From Azolla caroliniana (taxonomy: Eukaryota; Plantae; Polypodiophyta), in assembly GCA_043228905.1 (NCBI GenBank), contig JBHGNT010000001.1:37279425-37343424 (forward strand): a DNA stretch of 64,000 nucleotides, in the 5' to 3' direction. A model generated the notes under the pieces. The model saw only the letters and a program-made list of their open reading frames with translations. It ran no database searches and was not told where the DNA came from. Every line of letters begins with the position of its first letter. Positions within the stretch are counted from its first letter, which is position 1. A program made the position numbers and the translations under genes. Positions 24,776-37,617 of the stretch are shown here, in pieces.

Positions 24776-27054
24776 ATGTCTGATTCTGAGCACACCTTCG
24801 AGCATAAGGCCGATGCTGGTGCTTCCAAGACCATCCCTCAGCAGGCTGGTACCATCCGCAAGAACGGTTATATCGTCATCAAGAACCGTCCTTGCAAGGT
24901 ATACGTTTCTGGATGTTGCTTTTGCTTGTCTCTGCAAGGTAAGTCTCTGGCTATGGCCATATTTATTTTTCTTTGCTTGCTTAATTCACTGAAAAATATT
25001 CCTTCTTTCATCAAGCATCATCCTTGCAAGGTAAGTTTCCGTATACATCTTTATTTTTCTTTGGCCAGGCTTGCTTATCTCACTGTGAGAGATGTATTCC
25101 ATCCTCACTAAGAATATTCCTTGCAAAGAAAAGGAAATTTCTTTTTGTTATTATTATTTATGCGTGTTTCACACAGCAAGGAGGTTTCTGTCATCAAGAG
25201 CTGTTCTTTCAAATTAAGTTTTTAACTCTGCCTATTCTTTTATCTTTGCTAGGATATCATGGTTTTGGTTAGCAAGGAATACCATGGATAAAGTTTCTTA
25301 CAAATCTAGATCAAATAAACAGGTGTCATGAACAAGGTGACGTGTGATCTGCTTGAAATATCAAGGTGCTGTTTATGATATGCCGGAAACACTAAGATGA
25401 AAAATGCACTTTTGAGGAGAAGTATGCCTTAATAAGAAACCATAAACAATCCTGCCTGTGAAGCTATATGAGAGGAATCTTGGTATGAGGAGAAATACCA
25501 TGAATAATGTTTCGTGAAAAACCAATGATAATTTCTCGGATGCCTCCTTAACTGCGATGGAACATAATCTGCTACATTGGGTGGAATAACTGTTTAGTTT
25601 CTCATGAAGCCAGAAGAGATGCATTCTTGTAAGATAAAGTATGCTTGATTTACTGAAAATGAATGGTAATTATTCTTTTATTGTGGACTATCTTTAATAT
25701 CGTTTTTTATTAAGCTAAATGAGAACCAGGAGAAGAATGAAGCATGGATGCTTTGTTATAAGAAAAACAGTGAGTGAACTGCAAGCAATTCTGAACGCTA
25801 CAACACAGACATGGAGCTCCATGATGTGCAAAATATTGTCTCTTTATTGCCTTGTTCTCTTTATTCTGCCCTCTCTACTTGAATATGCTGCCTGTTTTGA
25901 CTCACTGAAGAATTGTGTATGGATCAGTAGTGAGTGGTGGTTAATAGAATTGCAATCATTTGAAAGGGCTCAGTAATTATGCCTGAAATCTGCTGCATGC
26001 TCTTTGTTGGAGATGCTTGTCTTTTTCCTAGGGCTATCAGCAAACATGTTTGCATTTGTTTAATCATATGTCGAGAACTTTGTGTGCCATTGACTTGCTC
26101 TGATAAATGGTATTTGTATATGGGAGCTTCGTAATCAGGATTCAGAACTAGATGCTTTTGAAGTGTTTAATTTAATTGGTATCTAGTAACATATTTAAAT
26201 CAAAGGTACAGATGCCTCCAGATCAGAGATCTAACCTGCAAAAGTTGGTATACATGTAAAACAAATCCACATTAATGTTTATTACCTGACAGGGAGATTT
26301 TAATTTACTGTAGCATTTGTACTTATTTCGTTTCTTACATGGTAGTATGTCAGCTTTATACGTCTGGATATGGACGGTTTTTTGTGTTGATTATCCTCAT
26401 ATAAGTTTTCCTTGGTTTATTCTAGGTGGTAGAGGTGTCTACCTCTAAAACTGGGAAGCATGGACATGCTAAGTGCCACTTTGTTGCAATTGACATTTTC
26501 AATGGGAAGAAGCTTGAAGATATTGTGCCCTCCTCACACAATTGTGATGTATGATGATCTCATTTTAAAATCCCTGCAATACTATGTTTTTGACTATGCA
26601 CAATTTGGTTAATTTTTATCATCTGAATCGTCAGGTTCCAGAGGTCACGCGTGTGGATTATCAGCTAATTGACATCTCCGAGGATGGATTTGTAAGCATT
26701 AAATAAATGTCATGTGAAATGTCTAAATATGGTTGGTACAGGCAATAGTTATTTATGAACAAGCTTATGTTTTATAGGTTAGTCTTCTTATGGAGAATGG
26801 TGGCACCAAGGATGATCTCAGACTTCCATCAGATGACCAGCTTTTATCCCAGGTAAGCCATTTCTGTGGCCATGCAACTTTTTGAACCATTCAGAGTTTC
26901 ATTTGACAATATTGGAACCTGGCTGAATTATTCGCATATATTTTTGTGGCAGATTAAAGATGGTTTTGCTGAAGGAAAAGACTTGGTTGTGACTGTAATG
27001 TCTGCAATGGGGGAAGAGCAGATTTGTGCACTGAAGGATATTGGTCCCAAGTAA
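24776..27054 (+). CDS. eIF5A: Eukaryotic translation factor 5A, 159 aa
   Basis: Exons 24776-24898, 26426-26548, 26635-26691, 26778-26852 and 26953-27054 total 480 nt. The hypusine loop [14 protein letters not shown] is intact, and the protein ends [19 protein letters not shown]. Confidence 0.98.
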
Positions 27055-28967
27055 AACCATCATTTTTCATTAAGGCTCCATCTCAAGCTCTATACAGTTT
27101 GTGAAACTATTTGGTTTTTATATGTCTTCTATTACAATGAGAACTTCTAGATGCTTGTTAATCTAAAACACTTGATGAATATTTAAGGAGAGATGTATCT
27201 AAGGTGGTTACTATTTGCATGTGTAGTCCGGAAAAGTTCTTATGGATGGGCTCTTTGCATGCCCATCAGTACGGACATAGCAGTAGAATGTCCATGGATG
27301 ATGGTGTCCTCTATGGACATATTTTATTGCTACTGTCAAATTCGGTGGATGATGGTTTTGGAAATATCTTATGTTTTAAGCTTAAATTATGGCGTTTCAG
27401 CTGTTGCTTTAATGTAAGGTTATCTATTGTACAGAGGAACCTTCACTCTTTTCTTGCATTGAATGGGTTTAAATTGAACATCTCTCCTTATCTCCGCCAT
27501 ACATAGGAACCAAAGTACATTGCTGAAAAGGGGATTTGTAAGTCCGGAAATTCAGCAGGCTATGTGAAAAGATACAAATTGCAATGATAATGAAAATGAG
27601 AAGTCATTATATAACATCAGAAAATTAGAGCTGTTTTGTAGGTCATTATATATATTTGACATATGGGGCCAGTGTAAACCCATGTGTTTCAACTTGACAT
27701 GAAAAATTGTATGATCACGTCACGTTAATTGGTGACTTTTGGGGACTTATCATTGAATACGATGTAGCATCATCTCTGCAAATCTGGTTCTTTGCATGCT
27801 TCTATTTCTCCATATGTTTGATAATGCATACAAGATGTATTAACTGATGTAGTTCACCTTGCTGTTAAGCTGGAAGAATCCAATCAGTCTTTGGAGAAAA
27901 TGTGGTAGCTTTGTAGGAAGTTTGTAGAATATGCAATTAGCATTCATGTAGAACTCAGGAATGTATCCATCTGTTTTAGATATTGCCTTAATTATTTTGC
28001 ATTCCACATAAGTTGGCCTTCATGTAATTGGTGTTTAATTATAACTTTGTGCTATAGACAGAATGCTACATATGATAAGTAATGTCTCTGGTGTTTATTT
28101 GTGGGTTCACTTTGTACAAATGGTTCATTTATGATCTTACATACGGAAATGATACTCCCTTGTTTTTGTACTGAATTTGAGCCTGAATGATATTCCATGT
28201 TTAATGCAATACATGATAAATTTTTGAATGAGTATATATGTATAGTTAGGCAATAATTGTAACCATGATGATGGGTGCCAACTTTCTTATTGATGCTCAC
28301 TATGCCAAAAAAGTGTTAAGAGAGCCTTTAAGTGTATGTGGCATACCTTTGGTTGCTGGAGGGAAACCCATCATTATTTACGAGAACATGACTCTTAAGA
28401 AATTGAGAATGTGGCTTAGAAGGAAATTGTTTTTTGAGTTATGTTAACATGCATAATACATTGTGAAGGTCAATTGAGTTTGAGTTGAATTATGACACAA
28501 TATTAATAATACTACCATGCAAGTAAAATTGTAGAAGCATATTAGTAGTAGTCTATCACATATGTTTGCATATTGAGAGAATAACTGCCAAATTTGAATG
28601 TTATAGTTGGTAAGCAATAGCTTTACTGGTCCATCACATTGAGAAGAATATTATAAAGCAAAAACTTATGAATCTACACATGATGACATGCATGTCCATC
28701 TTCAGAGGGATTGAAAGTAATGGGGAGTAAAAGGTTTGGTGCTCAAATCTACATATTGAACATGAACAAAGGGCAGTAAAAATCTATTGCAGCACCCGGA
28801 GAGTGACAAATAATGTGGGGCCATACATCTCAATCAAAATAATATGTCAAACGTCTCGACATATAGGGAGGTTTTTGGCATATGCCTACTAATGTCTCAA
28901 TTATGTGCTCAAACTTGCTTGCCTCGTTTTTGACCGATCCCTGACCAGGGGTATTTGGAGAGATAGT

Positions 28968-29010
<43 letters not shown>

Positions 29011-29056
29011 TGGTGTCTTCCCGCAGAAATTAGACTCGAAGGTTAAGAACGAAGCC

Positions 29057-32000
29057 ATGGCTTGGCAAAGGCTTCTCACAAATTCATCGCTTGTTTTGGC
29101 TGCAGTATCCGTAATCCAACCAAGCTCCATCCTCCATCTTGAGGCGGCAAGAAACGCAGGTTCACACAAAACACGTGTCTCTTTCTTGAAGAGGAAATTA
29201 CAGAAAAAACACGCATATTCGAATAGTCCATGCTTTGAAATTTTTACTTTTGGAGAGAACGCATACATATACACCTCATGATTTGAAAACAGGACATGGC
29301 TCTTAAATGCTAGATTGAGGAGAGCTAATATTCTGAACAAGAAATTCTCACCCCTTTAATTAATTATAAGATAAAGAAATATTTTTGCTAGATAAATGTA
29401 CTAAAATGATGAAATCCGTTAATTTAAGTTTAGATTTTGAAGAATATTAAATGTTACCATAAGACCAAAGATATTGGTATCTGTTATCCTTGTATTGAAA
29501 TACAAGTTTTTTGCTAGGGAAAGGTGGAATGACGAATTCTTCGATTTAACCTTTGCATTTTTTAAGAGCAGTTATTGTCATCATAGGATCAGTTTGTAAA
29601 AGGCAATGCTAGGTTGATGGGCTAAGATTGTGGATTAAAATGTGTTATCCATTTAGATGGTGAATCCTTTAAATTAAGCTTGTGTTTAGAGCAAGGAGAG
29701 ACATTATGTGCTAAGCATATCCCACAATTAGAATGTGCTATCCATTTAATATATTGCAAGTGTTCAAATGGAGAATCCTTTAATTTAAGCTGGTATTTAG
29801 TACAATAATAATACATTGCACTCAAAGGATAATGAGGTGCATGCCTGTTTTTCTGCAAATGTATAGATGAGTGCATTTCTAGAAACCAATTAGAGCGAAA
29901 ACAATCAGTAGAAAAAAAACTTAGCAATAACCTATCACGTCTTTCAAAAAAAAAGATTCTCTCTGAAGGTTCATGCTAATAAATTTCATAATCTGGCAAT
30001 AGCTATTAGCATGCTCACATTATAGCCATACAGTTCTCTAGATGAGTTTACAAAATGGCTTCTGCTGAACTTTACATATGTCAAAGTAGATGTAGAGGAC
30101 CTGGAGCATGTCAGGAAGAAGGGTTTAGGGGTTTAGGACCTGTTTTAATCCTCCCGAGTCCCAAATAAGGGATCCTTACTATTCTTCTTTAGCACTAGCA
30201 TGACTACCTCAGCCCACCACCCTATTAATCTTATCTATGTAGCCATGAAATATTTAGACACTAACCTATTAAGGAAGAGTAACCATTTCTATATGAGCTA
30301 GTAAACCAGTCATACAGAAAGATTCTTTGACTATCGATCATCACGTGAGCACCGCATGAGTCATTGCTCAGTAACAAGAACTAACCTTGTCTATTTAGCC
30401 ATGGAAGATTTAGACACGAACCTATTAAGGAGAAGTAACCATTTCTATATGATCTAGTAAACGAGCCATATAGAAACTTTCTTTAACTGTTTATCATCAC
30501 ATGAGAACCGCATAAGTCGTTACTCAGTAACAAGAACTTACCAATGTTATTGGCCTTTGCATCTTGAAGATACTTGATGAAGATTTTTCTTCACATGAAC
30601 ACCATTCCTGCTTCCGTGTACTACGCTCATTTAGATTGTTTCCCATGAATTCGCCCCTAGATTGTCTTGCACCCCGTTGCTTTCTTTAGTCAAGGTAGTT
30701 TTGTATGGTTTGTTTTCCCTTCATGTAAGTGTTCCGTTTTTTGCCTGATTGGTTCTTGGGTCAGTCATAGATAATAAACTGCATTTGTGAATGGCTTGTA
30801 ACTTTGTGATCTGATGTCACGATATCATTATGTTTTGTGATGTTTTCTAGAGGCTAGTATCATATTTCTTTCCATTTCTTGCTCATTGATTTTATTCCTG
30901 CTTGTGAGGTTCAATCCCTAGATTGTCTTGCACCCCGTTGCTTTCTTTAGTCAAGGTAGTTTTGTATGGTTTGTTTTCCCTTCATGTAAGTGTTCCGTTT
31001 TTTGCCTGATTGGTTCTTGGTTCAGTCATAGATAATAAACTGCATTTGTGAATAGCTTATAACTTTGTGATCTGATGTCATGATATCATTATGTTTTGTG
31101 ATGTTTTCTAGAGGCTAGTATCATATTTCTTTCCATTTCTTGCTCATTGATTTTATTCCTGCTTGTGAGGTTCAATCATTTGCCCTGGTAACTAAATTGA
31201 CCATAAAATGACAGAGAAGGTGAAGGAGCCATTCACAGGCATTGACTTTGATCGGAAAAGGGAGATAGCACAACCAGAAACATGTGGAGAATATCACTTG
31301 CTTGGTACAGCTGTTCGCTGTATGCTTGGACAGGTTCTCTACAGAATCCTTAGATAATTCTATGTACAATATGCTATCCTATATTGTTTCCTTTCTTTAA
31401 TAAACAGTTTTGCTTTGTTTGTTATGCTTTATTGATTTCGATAGTCTGGAGTTCAAATGCTTCACCATGTATGTTTTGTTTTATATAATTCGTTACAGCA
31501 TGTATTTAATTTGATATGTTGGCTTCACAAGTGCCTTTAGGTTTATAATGTAGGCATGCTGAATCTTTACGTCTCATGGCATGCTAGAAATGAAACTGAT
31601 GTAGCTTTTACATTTTCAATGATTAAATACCAGTGCAAGTTTGCAAAGGCACGGGCATATGCTGTTGGCTTGTATGTTGAAGATGCATATGAGGTAAGTC
31701 TGTATAGATTGTTAAAAAGTACCAAGAATTAGTCTAAGAAATAGTCAACAATATTTAAATCATCATGAGGGAAGGGTATGTTAGCATGTTTATAGGAATG
31801 TCTACGTATTTATATGTAAAATGCACATACATGCCGATCAAACTTTGACAATCCTCCATCTGCCATTATTATTGCAAACCAAACTCTTGCAAGACAGTTC
31901 TTATGTTATTATAGAGAGGATAAGTAACTATGACTTTTGGAATTAAGAAATATGGAGACAGGCAGGAGTACTGGAAGGCAGGTGGAGGAGAATGGCAGGG

Positions 32001-33663
32001 AGAAGAAGTATGCAGGGACAGATCTGGCTAACAAATAATTATCTGATTTCTTGATTGCATCTTTCACATTCCATGGAGAGATGCAACTTGTAAGGAGCTT
32101 ATGAGTCTCAGAATGACATGAGAGATAGCTATCAGGCTGGAGTTTGAGAACTTAAATCTTTAGAATCAGAGTCCTTGTATGATTTACAAATTTTGATTGT
32201 CATGCTACAAAATATCATATGTAAATTTTATTATTATTGTATCAGTCGTACAGTGTCCCAACTCAAACTATGTTCATATTAGGAACTTCGGGATGCTGAT
32301 GAAGATAAAATATTTCAAGCTTTGGTTGAAGTTCGCACACCCCGAAGTCTTCTTCTAGTAATGGATCAAGATGTTGCAGGCCATCACATTGCAAAGGTCA
32401 CAGTTCTCAACCTCTTTTGTGTCACATTTGTGTGAAACCTTCTAAATTCCAAATATATATACATGGTAGATGCAAGTGGCATTTTGCACTATATACTGAA
32501 GGTTATTTCATTGTAAAAAGAAACACTGAATGTTTTTTCATGGTGCTATATACGAGCAGGCATTCAAATGATCTTTTGTATATTAGAATCTAGTTCTGGC
32601 ATTTTGTAAGCTTGTTGGTTATTCTTGCTTCATATATTATTTAATTGAAGTTTTGATGACGTAACCTTTTCTTATGTAGCATATATATAGCTTGTGTCTT
32701 TCTGAGATTTTACGATCTAAACTTAGCAGGGTTTTGATCGCTCTTTGCTGCAACGTGTACGAAAGGCTCAAGGTGGGAAAGCTGGAGCTGGCAAGGATGC
32801 AGTAAGAAAATTATAATGTTTTCATTTTCTTTATTTCTACTTTGGCCTAAGATGAAGATTTTCTGACAAGAATTTGTCAGTTTGTAAAAGATGCTTTTTT
32901 CCAATATTGCCATGGATTTCAGTGTATTGGATTCTTTCTTTATGATCCTGGTTTCTTGAGATAGAACATCTGGATATTTTTTCAAAATAAATTGGAGAGT
33001 TAAATTGCTTTGCCATCTGTCCTCTATCTTCAAATATCATATTGTAGGCGTTTTAGATTTATATTTCTTTATCTGTGTATAGACCGAGGATTGTATGATT
33101 GATAGTACCCATAGCAGAGTAGGGTTGGATGCAAAGTTATCAATCATGGCTTAGGTTCTAAAGTCTTAGAAATTTGAAATGAGTATGCAACATGATGCGC
33201 AATTCATCAGAAAGACAGTAGTTAGGATGTTTTGGACTACTGCAGCTAAGGTTGTAACATTGTTTCTGGAAACATATCAATATAGGCTTTTGGATGAAGG
33301 GTAGACATTGATCCAGTAATTAGTGTTTTATCAAGCCTTCTTGTATGAGCTATTCTGAAGACTGTTGTATCTGCAATTTGGTTTGTTATATTTCACTTGT
33401 TTTGTAAATGAAATTTCACGGACAAAAATAAATTAATTTACAGCGCTGAAATTAACCTGAATTTATATACAGTTGAAAGACTTCACTCGGTGCTTCAATC
33501 AGAAGAAAATGTTACGTAAGGGATCAGAAGTTTGCCTGGTAAGCAGTTTCATTCGAATTGTGATTGGTTTTTGTAAATAAAACAACCTCAAAATTTTATA
33601 TGATGATTTTTGTTTTCAGGTGTGGAGACCTGATGATACTCTGGTCGTGACAATTGATTCCTG
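29057..33663 (+). CDS. Chalcone-isomerase-fold, fatty-acid-binding-protein (FAP)-like gene; 3' end unresolved
   Basis: Phase-consistent exons: 29057-29159, 31215-31333, 31634-31693, 32283-32396, 32730-32801, 33473-33538, 33620-33663. They give KEPFTGIDF..YHLLGTAVRCMLGQCKFAKARAYAVGLYVE..RSLLLVM..IAKGFDRSLLQRV..LKDFTRCF..LRKGSEVCLVWRPDDTLVVTID, collinear with CHI-fold motifs (EP.TG..F, L.G.G.R, YA.GLYV, KG..I...W). Confidence 0.75.
30238..30540. repeat. Intronic tandem duplication, about 158-bp period, diverged
   Basis: tagccatg..atttagacac.aacctattaagg..gtaaccatttctatatga.ctagtaaac..ctcagtaacaagaact is present twice. Confidence 0.9.
30655..31176. repeat. Near-identical intronic tandem duplication, 2 copies of about 261 bp
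   Basis: ccctagattgtcttgcaccccg...cttgtgaggttcaatc starts at about 30655 and 30917, with only a few substitutions. Confidence 0.97.
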
Positions 33664-35544
33664 GTAGGCTCAATCTTCTGTTCACTCTAGTCATTATAGG
33701 GTTGCAACATGCATGTTGGTGGCTTCAAGTTTAGGTGAATGGAAATCAATTACGTTATGACTGAATTGGTTCTCATGGTATGGATTTTTCAAAAATGTAG
33801 GAGCATAGGCCTAAGCTTCCAGTAGAAAGCTGTGCCAATGTCTTGCATGGTGTGTGACAAGTGAGTGTCTCATAAACGTTGAGATACCAAATCCTTTTCG
33901 AGATGCCACTTCATTAGAGACTATTCCAGTTGTTTATACCTCCCTTATGTCTTTGTTGCTTTCTCTAATTTTAATACACTTGAGGTTTGTTGTACAGAAG
34001 CTGCTCTGTTTCAATACACAATTTGGCTCAGTAAACCATCCTTGACCATGACCATTTAGGCGTAATGAATTATAATATACAAAAATATATTAGTAAATCA
34101 TTCAAGCACATTCCTAGCATGTTACCTCATTTGCTTTGTCAGAGGCTTCATCTGGGTTTAAATCGAACAAACCATTCAGATAGGCTTTTAGGCTTGGTGA
34201 ATGGTTCATTTGTGATTTCTACCTAAATAGAAATAATTAAAAACCGTTTTAAGTCCAAAAGTGCGGATTTTTCCGTAATCAAGGAGTTATGAGTGAAGGA
34301 CATGAGCTTTATAGCTACCTCTTAACATTGATCTAAAAAACTATTTGATCTATAAAAGATCAGTTTTTTTCTTTACAGCCCCATTTTGGATAGAGAGCTT
34401 AAACCCTCATGGTTAAAAAAATGGCGGAGTTCCTTTATACCACAATTTGCATTGTTACTCTTGCCGAACATGTAGAGTGAGACTATCTTTATTCACGAAA
34501 AAGCTATCATTGGCTAATCCTTGTAGAAGCTTTTTTTGAATGCACAAGCAAGCAAGCTGAGCAAACTAGAAAAATCAGAAGTAACAAGAATAATGATAGA
34601 TCATTCAAATAGCGACTATATAGTTGCAACAAGGATCACGCCCGATATTCATTCAACCGAACCATTCAGCCCTCTCATTCATTCCTGTACTTTATACTAT
34701 CAACTGTTTATGGTGTTCTCTATTAATCTACTTCATCCTTTCAATGTTATCATTGCAGCGTATGTGCCGAGATTCAATCTCCCATACTCTGTCAAGCTAT
34801 CTTTGACATGTACTTGGGTCCAAATTCAATTTTCCGGAAGTACCGTAATATGTCCTTTACTTTCTACAAGGATTCTGATGTGAGTATATGATCATAGAGA
34901 TGGGTTCCTTTTGAACAAAGAGCATGCCGGGTTGTAATAAGTCTGACTCTTTCCCAGTATATACATTAGAATCTTATTATTTAGTAATGTGCCATTGTAA
35001 ATGGAAGATTTAATTTTCTTTGTTCTTTTTATGGCTAGATAGTGTTGCGATTGCACAAGTAATCCTTGGTGTAAAGATTTGGGTTTGTGAGAAAAGCAAA
35101 AGTTTTAAAAACTTTGTTCAAATTAGTGATTATACCAATTGTAAGGATTGATGCATCTAATTAGTTTATTAACTAATTGATCTGTGGATTGAATGCTTCA
35201 TGTATACCTTTATCAGTCTGTTTGGATTGAACCATTCATATGTACTTTCTGTAAGCTCAGCATTTAACCAAACCTCATGGCTTTAACTTTTGTGAATAAA
35301 TAAGGCCAGCCTTTCGTGATCTGATGATTATCATACGAGTCTAATAAATGTCTCATTTCTATCTAAAACTCTATCAATTTCAAGAAAATTTACTTTCTTT
35401 TAATGTTTTCAGTAGAAAAATAATAAAGATAAATATGTGGCCAATTCATCTACTGTCTTCAAAGACAATATTATTACTGTTTTTTCTCCAAGTCATCTTG
35501 TAAATGGAAGTAAAATGATCTCTCTCTCATAATGTTTAGAGAGG

Positions 35545-35665
35545 CATGAGGTGTTTACACACATCTCATAATGTCATGTAACAATGGGACTAACATGTAT
35601 ATAAATATTGCTCGTGTTAGTCCCATTGTTACATGACATTATGAGATGTGTGTAAACACCTCATG
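35545..35665. repeat. Perfect 51-bp inverted repeat with a 19-nt loop
   Basis: catgaggtgtttacacacatctcataatgtcatgtaacaatgggactaaca (35545-35595) is the exact reverse complement of 35615-35665. Confidence 0.97.
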
Positions 35666-35667
35666 AC

Positions 35668-36278
35668 TAACAATTGGCAACGGTTTCAACGGTTCGGTTC
35701 GGTTTTGACAGTCAAAAACCGTGGTTTAAACGGTTTAATGGTTTTTTATTTTTAAAAAAACAAAATTTAAAATTTGTTTTTAAACAATCTTTTTATTTTT
35801 AGACCTTATTCTCACATTTTAGGAACATATTAAAAATTAAAATAATGAAATATTAAAAATTATTAAAAATTAAAATTTTGACCTATGTTGAAAACTGAAA
35901 TTGAACCACGAAACTGCGGTTTTCATAGTTTAACAGTTTGAAAATTGTTTTAATAGTTCGGTTTAACGGTTTTGTGGTTTGGTTCAGTTCAGTTCAAGTT
36001 TCAACAATTCTAAACAATTCTAAACTGCGGAATAATAATAATAAATCATTTTATGAAATTAGCTTATTGGATGTATGTTGGACGGGTTTTCACAATCAGC
36101 ATGATTGTCATGAATTGAAATGTTCATTCCGAGATTTGGGAAGCCCTTTAAGACAATTAAAATCCCGAGCAGGTGATTCTAGTTGATCAAAGAATGTATT
36201 TGTAAGAACTTCTCTCGATTTTCCAGTTCGGTTTGGACCCTCTCAAACCGAACTGAACCGAACCATTGCTGATTGTTA
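35668..36278. mobile_element. Non-autonomous hAT-type element (MITE), 611 bp
   Basis: 8-bp TSD CTCATGAC at 35660-35667 and 36279-36286. The left end taacaattggcaacggtt and the reverse complement of the right end taacaatcagcaatggtt form an 18-bp imperfect TIR. Subterminal CGGTT/AACCG repeats are present. Confidence 0.88.
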
Positions 36279-37617
36279 CTCATGACATTAGTTGATACAA
36301 ATTTCAAAAACAAGGTTGAGTCAATGTGCTTAAATCTAAAACAAATTGTTAATCATTCATTACCTCATTGAATGATGTAAGGTTATCGAGAACTGTTGTA
36401 ACTGAATGAACCATTAGACTTAAGTTCAGTTGACTTTCTAAGTTTAATTATATATCTATGTCAATATAAAACTGTAGAGATAAGGAGGGAGTCTGTTAAT
36501 ATAACCTGCAAAGGTTTAATGCCAAAAGGCTTATGTAAACATGAGAACATGGTCTGGGTGGTTTTTTGAGGACATGTTTTGATAAAATTTAAATGCAAAC
36601 ATCTATCATGTACAAAGATGCATGAAATGGAAGTGGTTTAGATTGAGGATATTTTTTTAAGAAAATTCAATGCAAGCAGAGTTCTTGATCAAACTATCAT
36701 ACGCACAGGACAGCAGGCAAGTGTTTACATCATTTCTGAATGCATGTAATGGATGGTAGTTATAACTTATAGGCCGTTGGAACAAAAAATGCAATAAAAT
36801 ATAAATTCTGCATAAAAACATTCTCATAGAAGCAAGATATTTCATATTGAAATCCAGTGTCAGGAAATATGAAAATAGACCATTTATGTTGAAGCAGTTG
36901 CCCTGTTACTTTTGTCAATATCAAAAATGTCAATCAAACCTCCAAAAGCTTTTTCCCTTCAAACTTCAGGAATCTCCTTTCCATATTTCACAATTACAAC
37001 CCATGATAACTCAAAAGACAATTCAGAGTTTTAAAATGAAGTGCTGACTCATTAATACTTGTTAGTGCTTGTCAAACAAATGTCATTATTTGAAATTATC
37101 TATCCCCACCATAACACCCACAAGAGGTGCAGCTATAATATTGATGGTAAAACACATTTCAGATTGAATCTCACCAATTAGACCCTTCTTTACATTTCTT
37201 TTCCACCCATGGTATTCATAAAGACTCCATAACGCCCATTGCATATTGCTTACCCATGACCCATAGAGTTATGAAGTAAATCTTTTATATACCATGTGAA
37301 GTCCCATTTCCCAATGAATAGTTACAATGATTCGATACAAATGGGCTCAAGGGTGGCACCAAATCCCATGGATTATTAGGTTAGTCTTATTATCTAGTCG
37401 AAGTTTCCCACCATTTTTTCTAATAATCTGCTTGTCAAGTCTTCCCACTGCCATTGATTATCCCATACCAAATAGGCAATACAGCAGAAGCTATGGAACC
37501 AATACAGTTACTGTAAATGGCATTTGAGAAAATACACTCAAAACTACCATCGAAAGAGCCTACTGTATTATTCAACTAATTCCAACTCCCCATGTACGAT
37601 GTGATGGAAACAATGGG

